From assembly GCA_050230475.1 (NCBI GenBank), contig JBFLGF010000006.1:124001-188000 (forward strand): a DNA stretch of 64,000 bases. The letters are read 5' to 3'. The translations under genes and the position numbers were made by a program. Shown here one piece after another: positions 23,979 to 37,797 of this stretch. The notes beneath the pieces were generated by a model that had not been told where the DNA came from, made no database searches, and saw only the letters and a list, made by a program, of their open reading frames with translations. Position 1 is the first letter of the stretch. Each line of letters opens with the position of its first letter. Source of the DNA: Ancylonema sp. (taxonomy: Eukaryota).

Positions 23979-26900
23979 TGTTCAACTTCACTCATATTTG
24001 CAATGCCCTTTGTTGTCGATATTTGCTAAAAGATTGCGACTTGCTTCTTTGTGACTTGCAGCCTATACGTCGGCTCTTCTCAATGCTGACCTCTGCCTCT
24101 TCGGTGGCAAGACAATGCTGATCTGTGCGTCTCGGATTCGGAGGAAACACCTCTGCCTATACGTGGACAGGAAACTCTTCTCGATACTCTATAGATGCGT
24201 TGCTTATCGGTGCAAGGCAAACTTAGGGGAATTACTAAGCATGACAGAAAGTGCATGCACACTGTGCGAGCAATAGTTCAGGATGGTAGAAGTAATTGAT
24301 TTGGAGATTCTAGCCAAGTCGGCTTTATCTCTTGCAAGTACAAGATTTACTAGAACTTCTTAGCGAGCCAGATAATTTGCGGCGCCGCCATCCTAGTCAA
24401 TATATGGTCTACGTCTAGTCATCTTTATCTTTATTTATTCCCCCATTACGTCACTACCTCAAAATGTGACTAGACAACTTGTATTGCTGCCCGCTTTATA
24501 TGTATTTCTCAATGATTATCGATTTTCCCATTCTATCGATATCATGGTCTAATGTTGCTTTACTCAATTCTTAGCCCCTAACAATTACTTAAAAAAAACT
24601 TCATGCATTACTGTGCATTTACAATTATATTCTAACACACCCCCTAATTGAAAAATGAATATTCCCCTTACACCTTATTTGTCTGGTGGCTTCAATCATA
24701 CTACATGTCAGGAGTGGAATATGATGGAGCTCCTAGCAATCTGGGTTGCAAATGCACACACAAGATGATGGTGAGAATGAGTCGATAGGATAGTCGATAG
24801 GTTAGAGGGAAATGAGCCGATGGTCAAAATGGTCGGGTTGTTATGGTAGGGGCACAAGGTGCAAGTACATGAGTTGATAGGTATGCTCTATAGGCATTCC
24901 TATCGGCTCGATATAGGAAAGTCGGCCCTAGCCGACTCTAGGAAACATGTGGGATAAATAAGTCAAGGGCAACAAAATGTAGCTAAAGGCACAACTGCCC
25001 AGACTAAGGACACACCAGAATACTCCCTAGGGGCCAGGCGGCCGCTAGGGCACAACTCCCGCTCTCTAGGGCCAGAACTCGCTATAGAGGAAACTGAGCT
25101 AATAGCGCTCTAGCGCTAAGTGTGGAGACCTCGCTAGGGAACCCTAGTGACTGTAGCGAGGGTCCTAACAAAGTACCCCCCCCTCAAGGCGCGCGGAAAA
25201 CGCGCTGAGGGAGGGCGGTGCAGGCCGAGCGGGAAATGTGGCATGGAAATCTGCGACCGCGTCAGCAGCATTGTCCATGTTGTCGGCAGGTTCCCAAGAA
25301 CGCTCCGATTCATCGTACCCGACCCAATCGGAGAACAGAGCCGGCCCCGCACGAACTTGGAATCCAGAACTGTGGCCACCTCGGTGGCGCGGTCCACCAC
25401 GACCGGAGGTGGAGGCGCCACGACACGACCCGGGATGTGTTGGCATGGTACGGCTCGAGGAGGCGACGTGGAAGACGGGATGGAGTTTCACAGAGGCCGC
25501 AGCTCCAAGCGATACGACGAGGTACCGATCTGGCCGAGAACCGGAAAAGGACCCAGACGACGGACATCCAGTTTCGAGGAAGGACGAGTGGATCCGACGT
25601 GGCGCCGGGACAGCCATACTTTCTGACCCGGCGAAAATATCGGAGCTGGTTTGCGCTTCCGATTGGCCGAGATTTCCATCGCCCGCTGGGATTTGCGAAG
25701 CGCTGACTGGAGGAAATCTTGGGTGTCGTGGATCGTTTTGACGTAGTCGTCGGCTGCGGGGTTGGGGGAAATTGGGGAGGGTGGGAGCAGCGACATCTGC
25801 GGGTGGAAGCCGTAGTTGGCAAAGAACGGGGAAAGGGTGGTGGCAGAGTGCTTGGAGTTGTTGTAAGCGAACTCCGCCAGCGGCAGGAGTTGGGACCAAT
25901 CGGATTGCTGGTAATCGGTGTAGATTCGCAGATATTGTTCGAGAACCGAAGTAAGGCGCTCCGTCTGCCCGTCCGTCTGCGGGTGAAAAGCAGAGGAGCG
26001 GTTGGCCCGTACACCGAGCAGCTCCAACAGCCGGCGCCAAACGTGGCTGGTGAAGATGGGATCGCGGTCGCTGATGAGGCTGCTGGGCAACCCATGCAGG
26101 CGCACGACTTGCTGCACGAACAGCGCAGCGACCTCAGGAGCCGCCATGGCCTTGGTGGTAGGAATGAACTGGGCCTGCTTCGTCAGCCGGTCGACGACCA
26201 CTAGAATGGCGTCGTGGTAGTTGCTCGGGGGTAGGTCAGTGATCCAATCTAGGGAGACGCTCGCCCATGGCTGAGTAGGGATAGGGAGAGGGGATAGCAA
26301 GCCATAGGGCACATGGCGCACCGGCTTGTTCCGGGCGCATATGTCGCACGTGCGCACGTAGTTTTCCACTGCCTTCGAAAGACCAGGCCAGTGAAAATAC
26401 TGCGCTATCAACGCGTGCGTGCGGGCACTGCCGAAGTGGCCTGCCATGGGTGCGTCGTGGTATTGCGTCAGAATAGAGAGGATAATGGTAGCAGCGGCGG
26501 TAGGAGGGATAGCGAGGCGGCCGCGATGGTATAGAAGGCCGTCGCGTAGGGTGTAGGGGATTTGGGACACGCCTGCAGTGCGACTCGGGTTGGATTCCCG
26601 AGCGGGTCCGGGTTGCAGGGATGTAGCGATAGCACGGAGGGTAGGGTCGGCAAGTTGAGCAGCGCAAATGTCCAGGAGTATAGGGTCGTTAGGTGCCAGC
26701 AGGATAGCTGCCGCCCGCACCGGGGAAATTGGGAGAAGAGTTGGTGGGGGGAGGATTGGGTGGGGGGATGTAGCTGGCAGCAGATAGTCAGGTCTGCGGG
26801 ATAGGGCGTCTGGCTTGCCATTGCTGGAACCCTTCCTGTAGACGATAGTGAAGTCGTAGGATGCCAGCGTCTTGGCCCACCCCCACCGTGCATGCCTGCG

Positions 26901-29900
26901 GGATGTAGTTCTGGCTGCTTGGAAGTACTCCAGGTTTGGTCGGTGTAGACCACGATAGGATGTGCTGCTCCTTCAAGATAGACCCGCCACTGGCGAAAGG
27001 CAGCCACTATGGCGAGCAGCTCTTTATCGTAGATAGGGTAATTTAGTTCTCCGGAATGAACTTGCGGGAGTAGAATGCTACGGGGTGGAGTTCGCCGCTG
27101 GGATTTGGCTGCGATAAAACGCAGCCGAGGCCGAAGTCGGAGGCGTCGGCTTCGAGGGTGAGTGGCTGCAGGGGCTGGAAGTGCTGCAACTGGAGCGGAA
27201 GTGAAGGCCAGCTTGAGGGATGTGAAAGCTGCATCCGCCTCCGTTGTCCAGCCAAAGGTTGCTCCCTTTCGTGTTAATGAGGTAAGGGGGCACGCCACCG
27301 TAGAATAGTCTTTAACAAAACGCCTGTAGAAATTAGCGAACCCAAGGAATGACTGGACCTCCTTGACGGACTGGGGCTGCGGCCAGTCAAGGAGAGATGC
27401 CACTTTCGGGGGGTGGGGGTCCATACCCACGCCTCTTGAGGAGACCTGGTAGCCTAGAAAGGCAATAGTGTCAGTATTAAACTGACACTTCTCGATCTTA
27501 GCGTAGAGTTTGTTTTCCCGTAGGATTGCCAGGATAGCACGGACGTGGGGGACGTGTTGAGCAAGGGATGGGGAGTAGATCATCATGTCGTCGAGAAGGT
27601 TTGCCAGGTAGACGTCGCGAGGGTCACGAAAGACGTCGTTGATAAAAGGCTGAAATGCTGCCGGGGCATTGGTGGGACCGAAAGGGCAGACCTGGTACTC
27701 GTAGTGTCCGTAGCGGCAGTGGTATGCAGTCTTGTACTCATCCCCCTCCTTAACTCGCAGCTGTTGATAAGCGTTGAGGAGATCGATCTTCGTGAAGATC
27801 GTTGCGGAGTTGAGGCGGTCGAGCAGCTCAGGTATGAGGGGTAGAGGGCAGCGGTTTTTTATTGTCACTACATTGAGCTTGCGGTAGTCGACACACAAAC
27901 GTAGTTTGCCGTCAGGTTTTTTGATGAACATGACAGGTGCTCCTCCCGGGCTGGAGGACGGCCGGATGAAGCCATTTTGCAGGTTGTCAGTGATGTACGT
28001 CTTTAGAGTTGCCAGCTCTGGTTCTGACAGGGAATAAATTGGCCCCCAGGGGGGTTCTGCACCTGGCAGGAGGGGGATCTCTAAGTCGTAAGGCCTGTAG
28101 GGGGGAAGGGTGTTTGCAGCCTGCTCGGAGAACACGTTTGCAAAGTCGTGGTATTCGGGAGGCAGCTGGGCTAGAAGGGCGGGGTCTGGAGGAAGCTGAA
28201 CAGCGTTTAAAACTGCAGGTTTTGGCTGGGCATGGGGTGAGGGAAGTGGGGGGGTGGGGGAAGGGGAGGGGGGGGGGGGGTTTGACATCAAGCACTGAGT
28301 AGCACAGTGTGGACTGGTGAGGGATATGGTGTCTGACTGCCAGTCTATTGCTGGATTATGCTTGTGCAGCCACGGGAAACCGAGGACAACCGGGCAATGC
28401 GCCAGTCTGGTAACGTCCAAGGTGATGGCCTCCGTGTGGTTCTGGGGATCTGAGCTGCGCCGAAAAATAGCAGGTAATGGGGCCAGCGGCTGGGGGGCTG
28501 TCATCTATCAGCTCGACTGGGATGGGTTGGGGATGGGGGTGGGTGGGTAGGTTATTGTCTGACAAAAGCTGGGGGTCGATAAAGTTGCCTGACGCCCCGA
28601 GTCGATCAGCACGCGGACAGATATGGGCGGGAGGGGGTAACGGAGCAGATGGCAGGCCAGCAGAAGCTGGCGGGGGTGGGGAAAGGGGGAGGGTAGACGG
28701 GAAGGGGACCCGCACAGACCCCTCCTAGGACTGTGTGGGGTATTCGTTATTTGACTCGGAGGGCTGCAGATCGAGGAAGCGCACGATGCGTCCCTTGCCC
28801 TTGTTAGGGCAGGTTCTGTTGTCATGGCCTGGCAGGCCACAGTAGAGACACAGGTTGCCAGCCACACGGCGGGCCATCTCCGCGGGTTCTACCTTGAGGA
28901 TCCGGCGGCGTGTGCCATCTATGTCCATGGGGACAATCTGCAGGTGAGGGGGCAGCTCTTGGGGGAACTGATCTGCAACTCTGGCTTGGGGGGGGACGTA
29001 GGTTGATCGGGAGGGTCTGTCCAAACGAGCAGCAGCCAGGGCGTTTTCGATGCTCTTGACGAAGGTAACATACTCGGAGAAGGTGTCAGGGGGGGACTGA
29101 ACCTTCAAGATCTCCTGCCTGAGCTCTGGCTTCAGTTTGTCAAAGTAAGTGAATATCAATGGATGATCTCCCCACCCCTGAAACCCTCTGACTAAGGCTC
29201 TGAACCTGGAAGTGAAGTCCTGAACGCCCCCTGTTTGTTTGAGTTCCCGCAGCTGGCGTTTTGTGGTCAGGTTGGAGGGGGTGTCGCCAAAAGCTTCACT
29301 CAGACCCTTGAGGAGGGCGTTCACGTCATAGCCCGCGGGAAGGTTGCTGTCTGAGTCGTGACCAGTTGTTAGAATATTTTGGATAGCCATATAAATGACG
29401 AGAAGTAGAGGACTGTATGCTCAGGATCAGAGAATCGGATAGGAGCCACCCGAATCTGGTTACGCACTAGTCGTAGAAAAGTTACCAGACTTGCCGAATC
29501 TCCTGAATATTTCTGTAAATCAGGGAGGACCATTTCTGAGGGAGGTGGCTTGTAGACTGGTGGGGAAACAGGGATAGGTTGTTGGAAGGAGGGGGGCTGA
29601 GATAGGAGATGGGGTGCTGAGGTGCTCCTCCACCACCTTTTGTTTTTCGTGAAGCTCATTGGTTGGATTGAGCGAATAATGTTGTTATTCTATCATCTGT
29701 TTCCGCCTACCGTTCCATATTTTCGCTCAGTTGCAAACTCAAACTCATTGCTTTCAGAGTCTCGACAATCTGTTGCAACTCCATGAGGAAAATAAAAAAA
29801 GTGAGATTTTTTCCTAAAAAAGTAAAAAACCTCAAGTGTATTCCTATCAAAGTGTTAGGAGTGGAATATGATGCAGCTCCTAGCAATCTGGGTTGCAAAT

Positions 29901-32900
29901 GCACACACAAGATGATGGTGACAATGAGTCGATAGAATAGAGGAGAATGAGCCGATGGTCAAAATGGTCGGGTTGATATGGTAGGTGCACAATGTGCAAG
30001 TACATGAGTTGATAGGAATGCTCTATAGGCATTCCTATCGGCTAGATATAGGAAAGTCGGCCCTAGCCGACTCTAGGAAACATGTTGGGATAAAATAAGT
30101 AAAGGACGGCTGAGTACACAACAAAATGTAGCTAAAGGCACAACTGCCCAGACTAAGGACACACCAGAATACTCCCTAGGGGCCCGGCGGCCGCTAGGGG
30201 GACACAACTCCCGCTCTATAGGGACAGACCTCGCTATATAGAGGAAACTGGCGCTAAGTGTGGAGACCTCGCTAGGGACCCCTAGTGACTGTAGCGAGGG
30301 TGTGACTGTAGCGAGGGTCCTAACACTACACCCCCTAATGTTAACATCCCACATTTTCTTGATCCTTTCTTTTTATTGTAAAAAGTGTGGGACCTTTGAA
30401 TTTCTCCTGTCTATTCCACATTGCTTATTTTCTCACTTTCAACAAAATTGCACTCGTGACATTGTAATGTTTTACTCACCCCTTTTTTTTGTGACTTTAG
30501 TAACACATCACTTTATCTTATTCCCTCCTTTTTCTTTTCCTTACTACTCGTCGATGTATATTCCGTATTCTTCGTCATTCTCGTCATTCCTATTCTTGAT
30601 ATCCTCAGGCTCCTAGCCATTTTCGACAGTCTTGTCGATCCTTGCCACACGTTATAGAACATGCAGTGATCGCACCCTGATCCCGTGGTACTTGGTCTTT
30701 CCAAAAAAAATCACTGCCCGCTCTGCTTCCCTAATTGATGCCCTCAGTCAACATTCTTCGTCCGTTGTCTTGCTCCTTTGTGGCATGTGGACGATCCCGA
30801 GTACCTTTCGATGAATTTGCAAAGCCTCCCACTTCTCAAGCAGCTCCTGCACGCGCCTCTTCTTTGCTGCTTTCTCCTCTTCGCGTTCCTCCTCACTCTC
30901 ATCCACTAGCTCAGGCACGTATTCTTCTTCCAGTTTCACTTTTCGAGATGGTTCAGCTTCCTCGCTCATTTCTTTATCCTCTCTGTTGGCTGCCTGGTTT
31001 TTGTTGATGATGCAAAAATCTTTTCCCACTCGCTCATCGATGTCCTCTTTGCTCCCTGGCCTCTGGATCATGGCTAATGCGTCCTTGTACTGTGTTCGCT
31101 GGAGTGAGTGGTCAGATGCATCCCTGTTGTTGCTAATCTAACTTAGACCGCTCAACATCATAGCTTGTGCTTCTTCATTCACTTCCACTATCATGATCCA
31201 ATGCCTCACTTCTCCTGGCAGGTCTTTCCAAATTAGAATTCTATCGAAGTTTCCTTTTGCATATGATTTTTTTGCCACTCTCCCTGCTTTTGAACCCCAT
31301 CCAATGATGCATTTCCTTCTGAGGTTCGTGCTTCCCACACAAGTGAGTGTGCACGTATAGATGACTCCTCCCCACGAACTCCTTCGTATGGCACACTCTC
31401 CCGTCTAGGTAGGCTCTGAAGTTCTTGTCCAAGGTTGCCGTGGCGAGCTGATGCACTTTGTTGTTGTCGACTCGTCCTTGTTCCAGGTTGGAGCCATATG
31501 CGCGGCTGAAGATCACCTTACCATGTTGCAAGTGATAAAAGGGAAGGATTCTGTTCGCCATCAGCTTTTGCGTGGACAAGAGGTTCACAAGTCCGTCTGG
31601 GATGTAGAGTACTCCACAGATGTGGGTGACCATCTTCCCGAATTCCCCATCGAGTTCTAGCAAAATTGTTCCCACGTGAGTAACCCTTGTCGTGCCTGTC
31701 ATAAAACGCAACATTATCTCCTTTTCCGCACATTCCAGACTGTGTAATGAGTTGACATCTGTGCAGACGTGATGCGTGGATCCTCAATCCAAAAGCCAGC
31801 GCACTCCTTTCTTCTCATTCTCATATCGATGCATCTCTCCGCCAAGGACTGTCGCAGAGGTTGCCTCGGAGACTGTCGACTCTCTTTGCCTCTCACTCGG
31901 TTAGCATGTATCCCTCGTAGATGCTCTCCTTCTTCTCTTCGAATTGTTGTGCTTCTGCTCCTTGTCTTGACGATTGCTTGCTGCTGCAGAGTTGTCGCTC
32001 TGTCGTCGATGCTCATTTCTTGCCGGCACCCCGTTTCGCTTGTCATTGCATGCTATTTCCATATGACTTGTTCTTCCGTAGTGGTCACAGTGACTGTTTC
32101 GCAGGTTGCAGGTCCTCGCCACGTGTCCGGGTTGACCGCAGCAATAACATGTACAGCTTCCCGTCCTGCCACGTCCTCCTCCTCCACTTCTTCCGCCTCC
32201 TCGCTTGTCTTCTCGACGACCGTCATCTCTGCAACCGCCGGTGGTTCGCTGGTTCCAGTACGCCTCCATTTCAGCTTGGTGTGCAGCTCCCTCCACGTTT
32301 GAGGTAGTGTCTTTCTTCTCACGGAATTCCAAATCCAGGTCTCTCATGGATTGCTCAATTTTCTCGATGGTGGGCTTTGTGTCGGCAAGTTGAAAGTTTG
32401 TCTTGATTTGCTGATACTGCGGGTTGATCCTCCCAAGCAAAATTCGTCGTTCTTGGTCTAGAGTTATTGTCACCCCTTCATATTCACAGTCTCTCTTTAG
32501 GAATCCAAATCGACTAAGCGTTTGATTTGCCGTCTCGTCGATGCCGTGCTCAAATAAGAAGAGCGCCTCGTTTGCCATGTCACCCGCTACAGTCGAAATT
32601 CTTGCGTACTTCTCCTTCAGTCGATTCCAGAGTTTCACCGGGTCGCTTTGCTCGTGAATGTAGTTGATGGCTTCGTCATCTCTGATGGACTACATGATCA
32701 TGCTGCATGCGCGTCGCTTTGACTTGTCCCATTTTGTTTTGGCGAGAATGGCTGCGTCGATTGCTCGGTGATTGGTGGCTGCTCCGGATACGAGGATTGG
32801 GGCTGGGGGATTGGCAAGGCGTAGTTCAGTGCCAAGCGTCAATTCAAGTGCCTCCATGTTGTCTAATGCTCTCGACATCTTTGCCTCCCAAGCAACATAA

Positions 32901-33609
32901 TTCTGGTAAGTTAATTCATACCCTGATCGCGGATTTCCGGCACTGATACCATGTTGAACTTCACTCATATTTGCAATGCTCTTTGTTGTCGATATTTGCT
33001 AAAAGATTGCGACTTGCTTCTTTCTGATTTGCAGCCTATACGTCGGCTCTTGTCAATGCTGACCTCTGCCTCTTCGGTGGCAAGACAATGCTGACCTCTG
33101 CGTCTCGGATTCGGAGGAAACACCTCTGCCTATACGTGGGCAGGAAACTCTTCTCGATACTCTATAGATGCGTTGCTTATCGGTGCAAGGCAAACTTAGG
33201 GGAATTAATAGGCATGAGAGAAAGTGCAGGCACACTGTGCGAGCAATAGTTTAGAATGGTAGAAGTAATTGATTTAGAGATTCCAGCCAAGTCGGCTTTA
33301 TATCTTGCAAGTACAAGATTTACTAGAACTTCCTAGCGAGCCATATAATTTGCGGCGCCGCCATCCTAGTCAATATATGGTCTTCGTCTTGTCATCCTTA
33401 TCTTTATTTATTCCCCCGTTACGTCACTACCTCAAAATGTGACTAGACAATTTGTATCGATGCCCGCCTTATATGTATTCTCAATGATTATCGATTTTCC
33501 CGTTCTATCGATATCATGGTCTAATGTTGCTTTACTCAATTCTTAGCCCCTAACAATTACTTAAGAAAAACTTCATGAATTACTATGCATTTACAATTAT
33601 ATTCTAAGA
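23979..33609 (-). mobile_element. Non-autonomous copia derivative B, copy 2 (LTRs 23979-24637 and 32952-33609)
   Basis: Perfect TSD ACTTG; PBS 32939-32951; same gag-protease-only interior as copy 1, with double Zn knuckle CYCCGQPGHVARTC. Confidence 0.93.
24706..30325 (-). mobile_element. Ty3/gypsy chromovirus copy 2 (LTRs 24706-25170 and 29853-30325)
   Basis: Perfect TSD CTACA, and the empty site is visible in B copy 1 at about 3687; gag, PR, RT, RH, INT (HPQTDGQTER), chromodomain; frameshifted. Confidence 0.95.
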
Positions 33610-34034
33610 ACTTGTGCCTGTGGGAGAGGCAAAGGCGGGGGTGGGTGTGTACAGTTTTGATGGTTGAGATTAAGTGTGCCGGGCTCCAATGTGGTGGGAA
33701 ATTGCGGAACCCATCTTTCCGGCATTTTCACACTATGCCGCGACGACGTCCATAATCTGGTCCGTCGACATCGAACCGCTCCGTATCTTCATGTGTTGGA
33801 GGGTCTGTAGATGTATTTTGTAGATGCTCCATAGATGCATCTTCAAACGGGATTTGATCATTGTATGCACGTGGTGTTGGTGATCTTGGTGTAGACCGAG
33901 CTACAAAAGGGTAATCAACCACACTTGTTGATGAATTTGGTGTTTTTCTAGCATCTTCAATCGCGGCCACCCTTACCGACCGGCGACGTGTTGTCATCAT
34001 TTGTAGTGGTAAAAACGGAATTTCTTCCTCACAT

Positions 34035-35645
34035 TCACGGAGTGATGAGTCGATGAAATGCCTTGGTAGTTGAGAGAGTGGAATAAATGTTTGCTTCCGC
34101 CTCGTATTGTTGATCCTCCCACGTGATGCGAGGGATTTTTTGTCCTGCAGGTAATTCCAACAAAGGAGTGAAGTAGACGGGCATTGTCAGGTTCTGCGCC
34201 GTCTTGAAATTTCGACACTGTTCAATTGTGTGGCCACTCGCGCCACAGTGTTGATAGCGAGCACCGTTGGTGAAATCGTTAGGACCGTACCGTCGTTGAT
34301 TCGTTTGGTTTGGAGTTTTGGGTTGACCATAGGAATCTCCCTTAAAATTTCCTTGAGATTGTCGTTGTCCGCCAATTTGTAAATGCGGAGGTCGGTAAGG
34401 TGTTGACTGAGGTTGACCCGTTGATGTTTTCGATGTTCGGGTGCAGTCCTTTTTGGAATGACTCGGTTGGTTACACCCGTAACACACAATGCCGGTTTTG
34501 TCGATGTCTTTTCCCGTTGTACGACCAGCTTGTCGTGGTGTGTAAGTTGATGTCGGTGGAAAGTTTGTGGACGGCGTAAAAGATGGAGAGGGATTTTTCC
34601 GATTTTGGTACCGATGAGTTTGCGCTCGTATTCCGCCCGCGGCGCGAATATCCGCCTCTTGTTTCGCAAGGTATAATTCACTTTGATTCGCTTCCACCAT
34701 TATTTCTTTCCGTGTGAGTGGATTCCTTCGCTGTGTAGAAAAAAATACGTCTTTGTTCTCTTTGAAATACCAATCGTTGACGTGCGATTGTAAATTCACC
34801 GGAATTAATTGTAAGAAGCGGAGCGCCAATTGTTCGGACGTCATGGCTCTCGCATTTTCGACGACGGTGGCTACATCATTGTACCGAGAGTAAATTGATG
34901 CTACGGTGTCGGTTGGTGAAATTGTAATATTATCCAATTTGTTGAGATACTCCGCCGAGGATGTACGGAATCTTTTCTTGATGCGTTGAATGAATTCAAC
35001 GAGTTCATGTGGTTCGTCGAACGTTGGTTTCACCGGGGGTGTTAGTTTTTCATGCCGTCCTTGCATACGGTGGTAAAACATGTCCGCGTAGTAGTCTCTC
35101 CATGAGTCCCGAATGTCGGACGTTTGAGAGTCATCGGTGTTCTCTTCCATGAATTTTTGCCATTCACGTTGTGCTTCACCTTTGCAATAAGCGCCGAGAC
35201 TTTGAACGAGGTCCATTTCTGTGTATCCGGACCGTTTGTTTCCTTTTAGGATTGCGTGGTGGCTTTGCACGGCGTTGATGAATTCGTCTTGAACCGTACC
35301 AAGAGCTCTATGATAGGGTGTAATAGGGGGTAAGCTCGTCATGCCGTCACCACACCCTCCAATACGATTGCGATGTTTAGGTACAGACGTGCTAGCCGGC
35401 GGATCGGGACTTGCCGGTGGTGGTGAGTCGTGCGGGGTTTGTTTGTAAGGATTCGGTGATAAAGGTGGCGACCTTGGAGATGATGCTCCAGGTGTCGATC
35501 CCGGTGGTGATAACGGAGGTAGAGGTGGTGTGGCTACTCTCGATGGTGAGCCAACTACTTTCGGTGATCGAAGTGGTGATACGGATCGACCTCGTGGGGA
35601 CGTAATCCGTGTGCACGGCGCACTATGTCTCCGTGGGAGTTCCAA
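34035..35645 (-). CDS. gag: Gag-like ORF (536 aa) with Pro/Ser-rich N-terminus and CCHC zinc knuckles
   Basis: CYGCNQPSHSKKDC and degenerate YQHCGASGHTIEQC; part of element G. Confidence 0.75.
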   Translation of the reverse strand: MELPRRHSAPCTRITSPRGRSVSPLRSPKVVGSPSRVATPPLPPLSPPGSTPGASSPRSPPLSPNPYKQTPHDSPPPASPDPPASTSVPKHRNRIGGCGDGMTSLPPITPYHRALGTVQDEFINAVQSHHAILKGNKRSGYTEMDLVQSLGAYCKGEAQREWQKFMEENTDDSQTSDIRDSWRDYYADMFYHRMQGRHEKLTPPVKPTFDEPHELVEFIQRIKKRFRTSSAEYLNKLDNITISPTDTVASIYSRYNDVATVVENARAMTSEQLALRFLQLIPVNLQSHVNDWYFKENKDVFFSTQRRNPLTRKEIMVEANQSELYLAKQEADIRAAGGIRAQTHRYQNRKNPSPSFTPSTNFPPTSTYTPRQAGRTTGKDIDKTGIVCYGCNQPSHSKKDCTRTSKTSTGQPQSTPYRPPHLQIGGQRQSQGNFKGDSYGQPKTPNQTNQRRYGPNDFTNGARYQHCGASGHTIEQCRNFKTAQNLTMPVYFTPLLELPAGQKIPRITWEDQQYEAEANIYSTLSTTKAFHRLITP

Positions 35646-37797
35646 TACCGGTGGTAAGTTTTCGTTTTGATTGTTGACTGGTGGAGGTAGCTCTAAGATT
35701 GTGGTTTGAAAGTCTGCTGCTTCCGGTGAAATGATTCAAAAAACATCCAAGTTGATATCTGCAACGTCCGAATTGATGTTGCTGAAACCGTCGGAGTCAC
35801 GATCGCCAAAGATGTCCTTGGGTAGTATAAAATCTTGTGTAGAAAGTCGGTCTGACGTTCCTACTGCGCCTTGGCTCTCCACATTCGCCACTTTTTCGAG
35901 TCGACCTTCTATTCCATAACAGGGCATATACTTGTGGAGCGATCAACACTGCCACTAAGTTGATTATAGCGAGGTGGTGAAGAGTAGCACGGTCAAATGA
36001 AGTTTGTAGAATCGTGGTAAGCTGCCGAAGTTGATGGCTTGTATGCAAAATTTGGATTGAAGCGCAGCTTCATTAAATTTGTCGATGACTTCGAGTCGAT
36101 CGACTTGTGTTGTACGTCCCCTCCTAATTTGATGTAGGCAGGTTCCAGTAGTTTGTGATGAAGAATTTTAAAATCGTCGAGTTCGATGTAGAAGTTGTAA
36201 ATGTTCTCCAATTAATGCTCCTTGTAAATGTTCTTGAATTAACGATTTCAGTTGAACTGGAAAAAAATGCTTATTCAAAACACAAAGTGCAATGTTTCAG
36301 CTCAAATGTGAATTATATGATTTGAGTTTGCAAGCAACAATCCAGTGTAGAAGCGTGTAATGCACCTGTGATCAAGGGGTGGGGTAACAAGCCCACGCGT
36401 TCGATACGCAGTAAGTAAGGGTTCTGACACCACGTGGTACCCCCAGATAAGCATGGTAAATCTCTGAGCCGTGGGGCTATCTCAGAGGGGGAAAGATATT
36501 GAATCTCAGGCGTAACCTTTATAGGAAGACCAGGTGGGCACTAGGTCCTCACAGGGGATAGAAACGGAGCTCAATGTAAGCGAACCAGTGGTAACCAGAT
36601 GAAAAATCTTTGACACGGAGTAGTCAATGCAGTCGAGAAATGTCTTTTGCAAGAGCACTTCCAAATTACAAAGACTGGTGTAAGGTAGCTTCCAAGTGAA
36701 CGGGTCACCCGAGGGGTGTGATAAATCACGGAGTAAAGTTAACAGCCTCTCTAATGTTAAGAGATTGGGGAGAGTGCAACCCGAAGGTGGTACACAGGGT
36801 AAGATTTATTAGCGGATAGAAGCGTGTGAAAAGGCAGTTCGTAATACCGGCCTCACTGCTGCAAAAACACTCCGTGGAGTGGTCAGACAAGTTAGCAAGG
36901 TTTGACCCTCGTTGGTTTGAAAGTTACGGACTTTGTATACCGCCTGCGCAATCCCAACGAGCTGGCAAGTCTCAAGGTTACGGCTTTGAGGCACGGCTTT
37001 TCATTCGGACTGTCGAACTTGCTGATCCGATCAGACAAGTTTTTGTTTGGTGTGGAAAAGTTGTTGACAATTGAAGGGTCGTACGGTGTAGAAATGTTGT
37101 TGGACCCGCAAGAGGATCCTTCTGTGTAAGAACTTGGGGTGTCGCTATGGACGTGAGAATGGTAAAATCGTAACTTGCCAGATGCAACAAATGATATACA
37201 ATGATGCAGGTGGGCACACAAGTGTCCAGGATATGATGCAGATATAAACAATCCTAACAACAACAAAGATTGCTAGCTCTCTAAGATGCCAGATACAAAT
37301 CAACACACAACTTTTTTTTTTATAGTCTTGAATCCAGGCAATATGACAAGTTCACAGATTACAGATTTCACAGATTTTTGCAGGAATTACAGATTTTTCA
37401 ACCTGGCAATTCTACACGAATCAGTTTTTCACAAAATTCGCAGAATTCGGTAAAGCGACTAGCTTGCTAGGGACGTCTTTTGCATCCGTCCCTAACATCG
37501 GGAGTGGAGCCGGCGAGCGGGGCGGAAGTTGTAGTGCGGCCTGGTTTGTACAATACGCAGTACGCTATCAATACGCTGGGGTCACAATACGCCGTATTTC
37601 GCGTATTAAAAAAAACCGCGATTTGAAAATACGCGTATTGTCAATAAATATGGATTTTTCCACGATTTTAGACCCCATATATATCCGGAAGTAGGATGGT
37701 CACATCGGGTGCCTAATCTAAATCAAATTGGCCATCAAACATGGAGACGTATTTATCCTTGAAATACATGGTTGGCGCATGTTTCACCAAAACATAC

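Larger units (their letters stand above)
23350..36432 (-). mobile_element. Gypsy-like gag-protease relic G, interrupted by B copy 2
   Basis: Candidate PBS TGGTGTCAGAA (36422-36432); gag 34035-35645; protease LILDLGAT...YDVVLG at about 23450-23720. No RT or paired LTR found. Confidence 0.65.
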
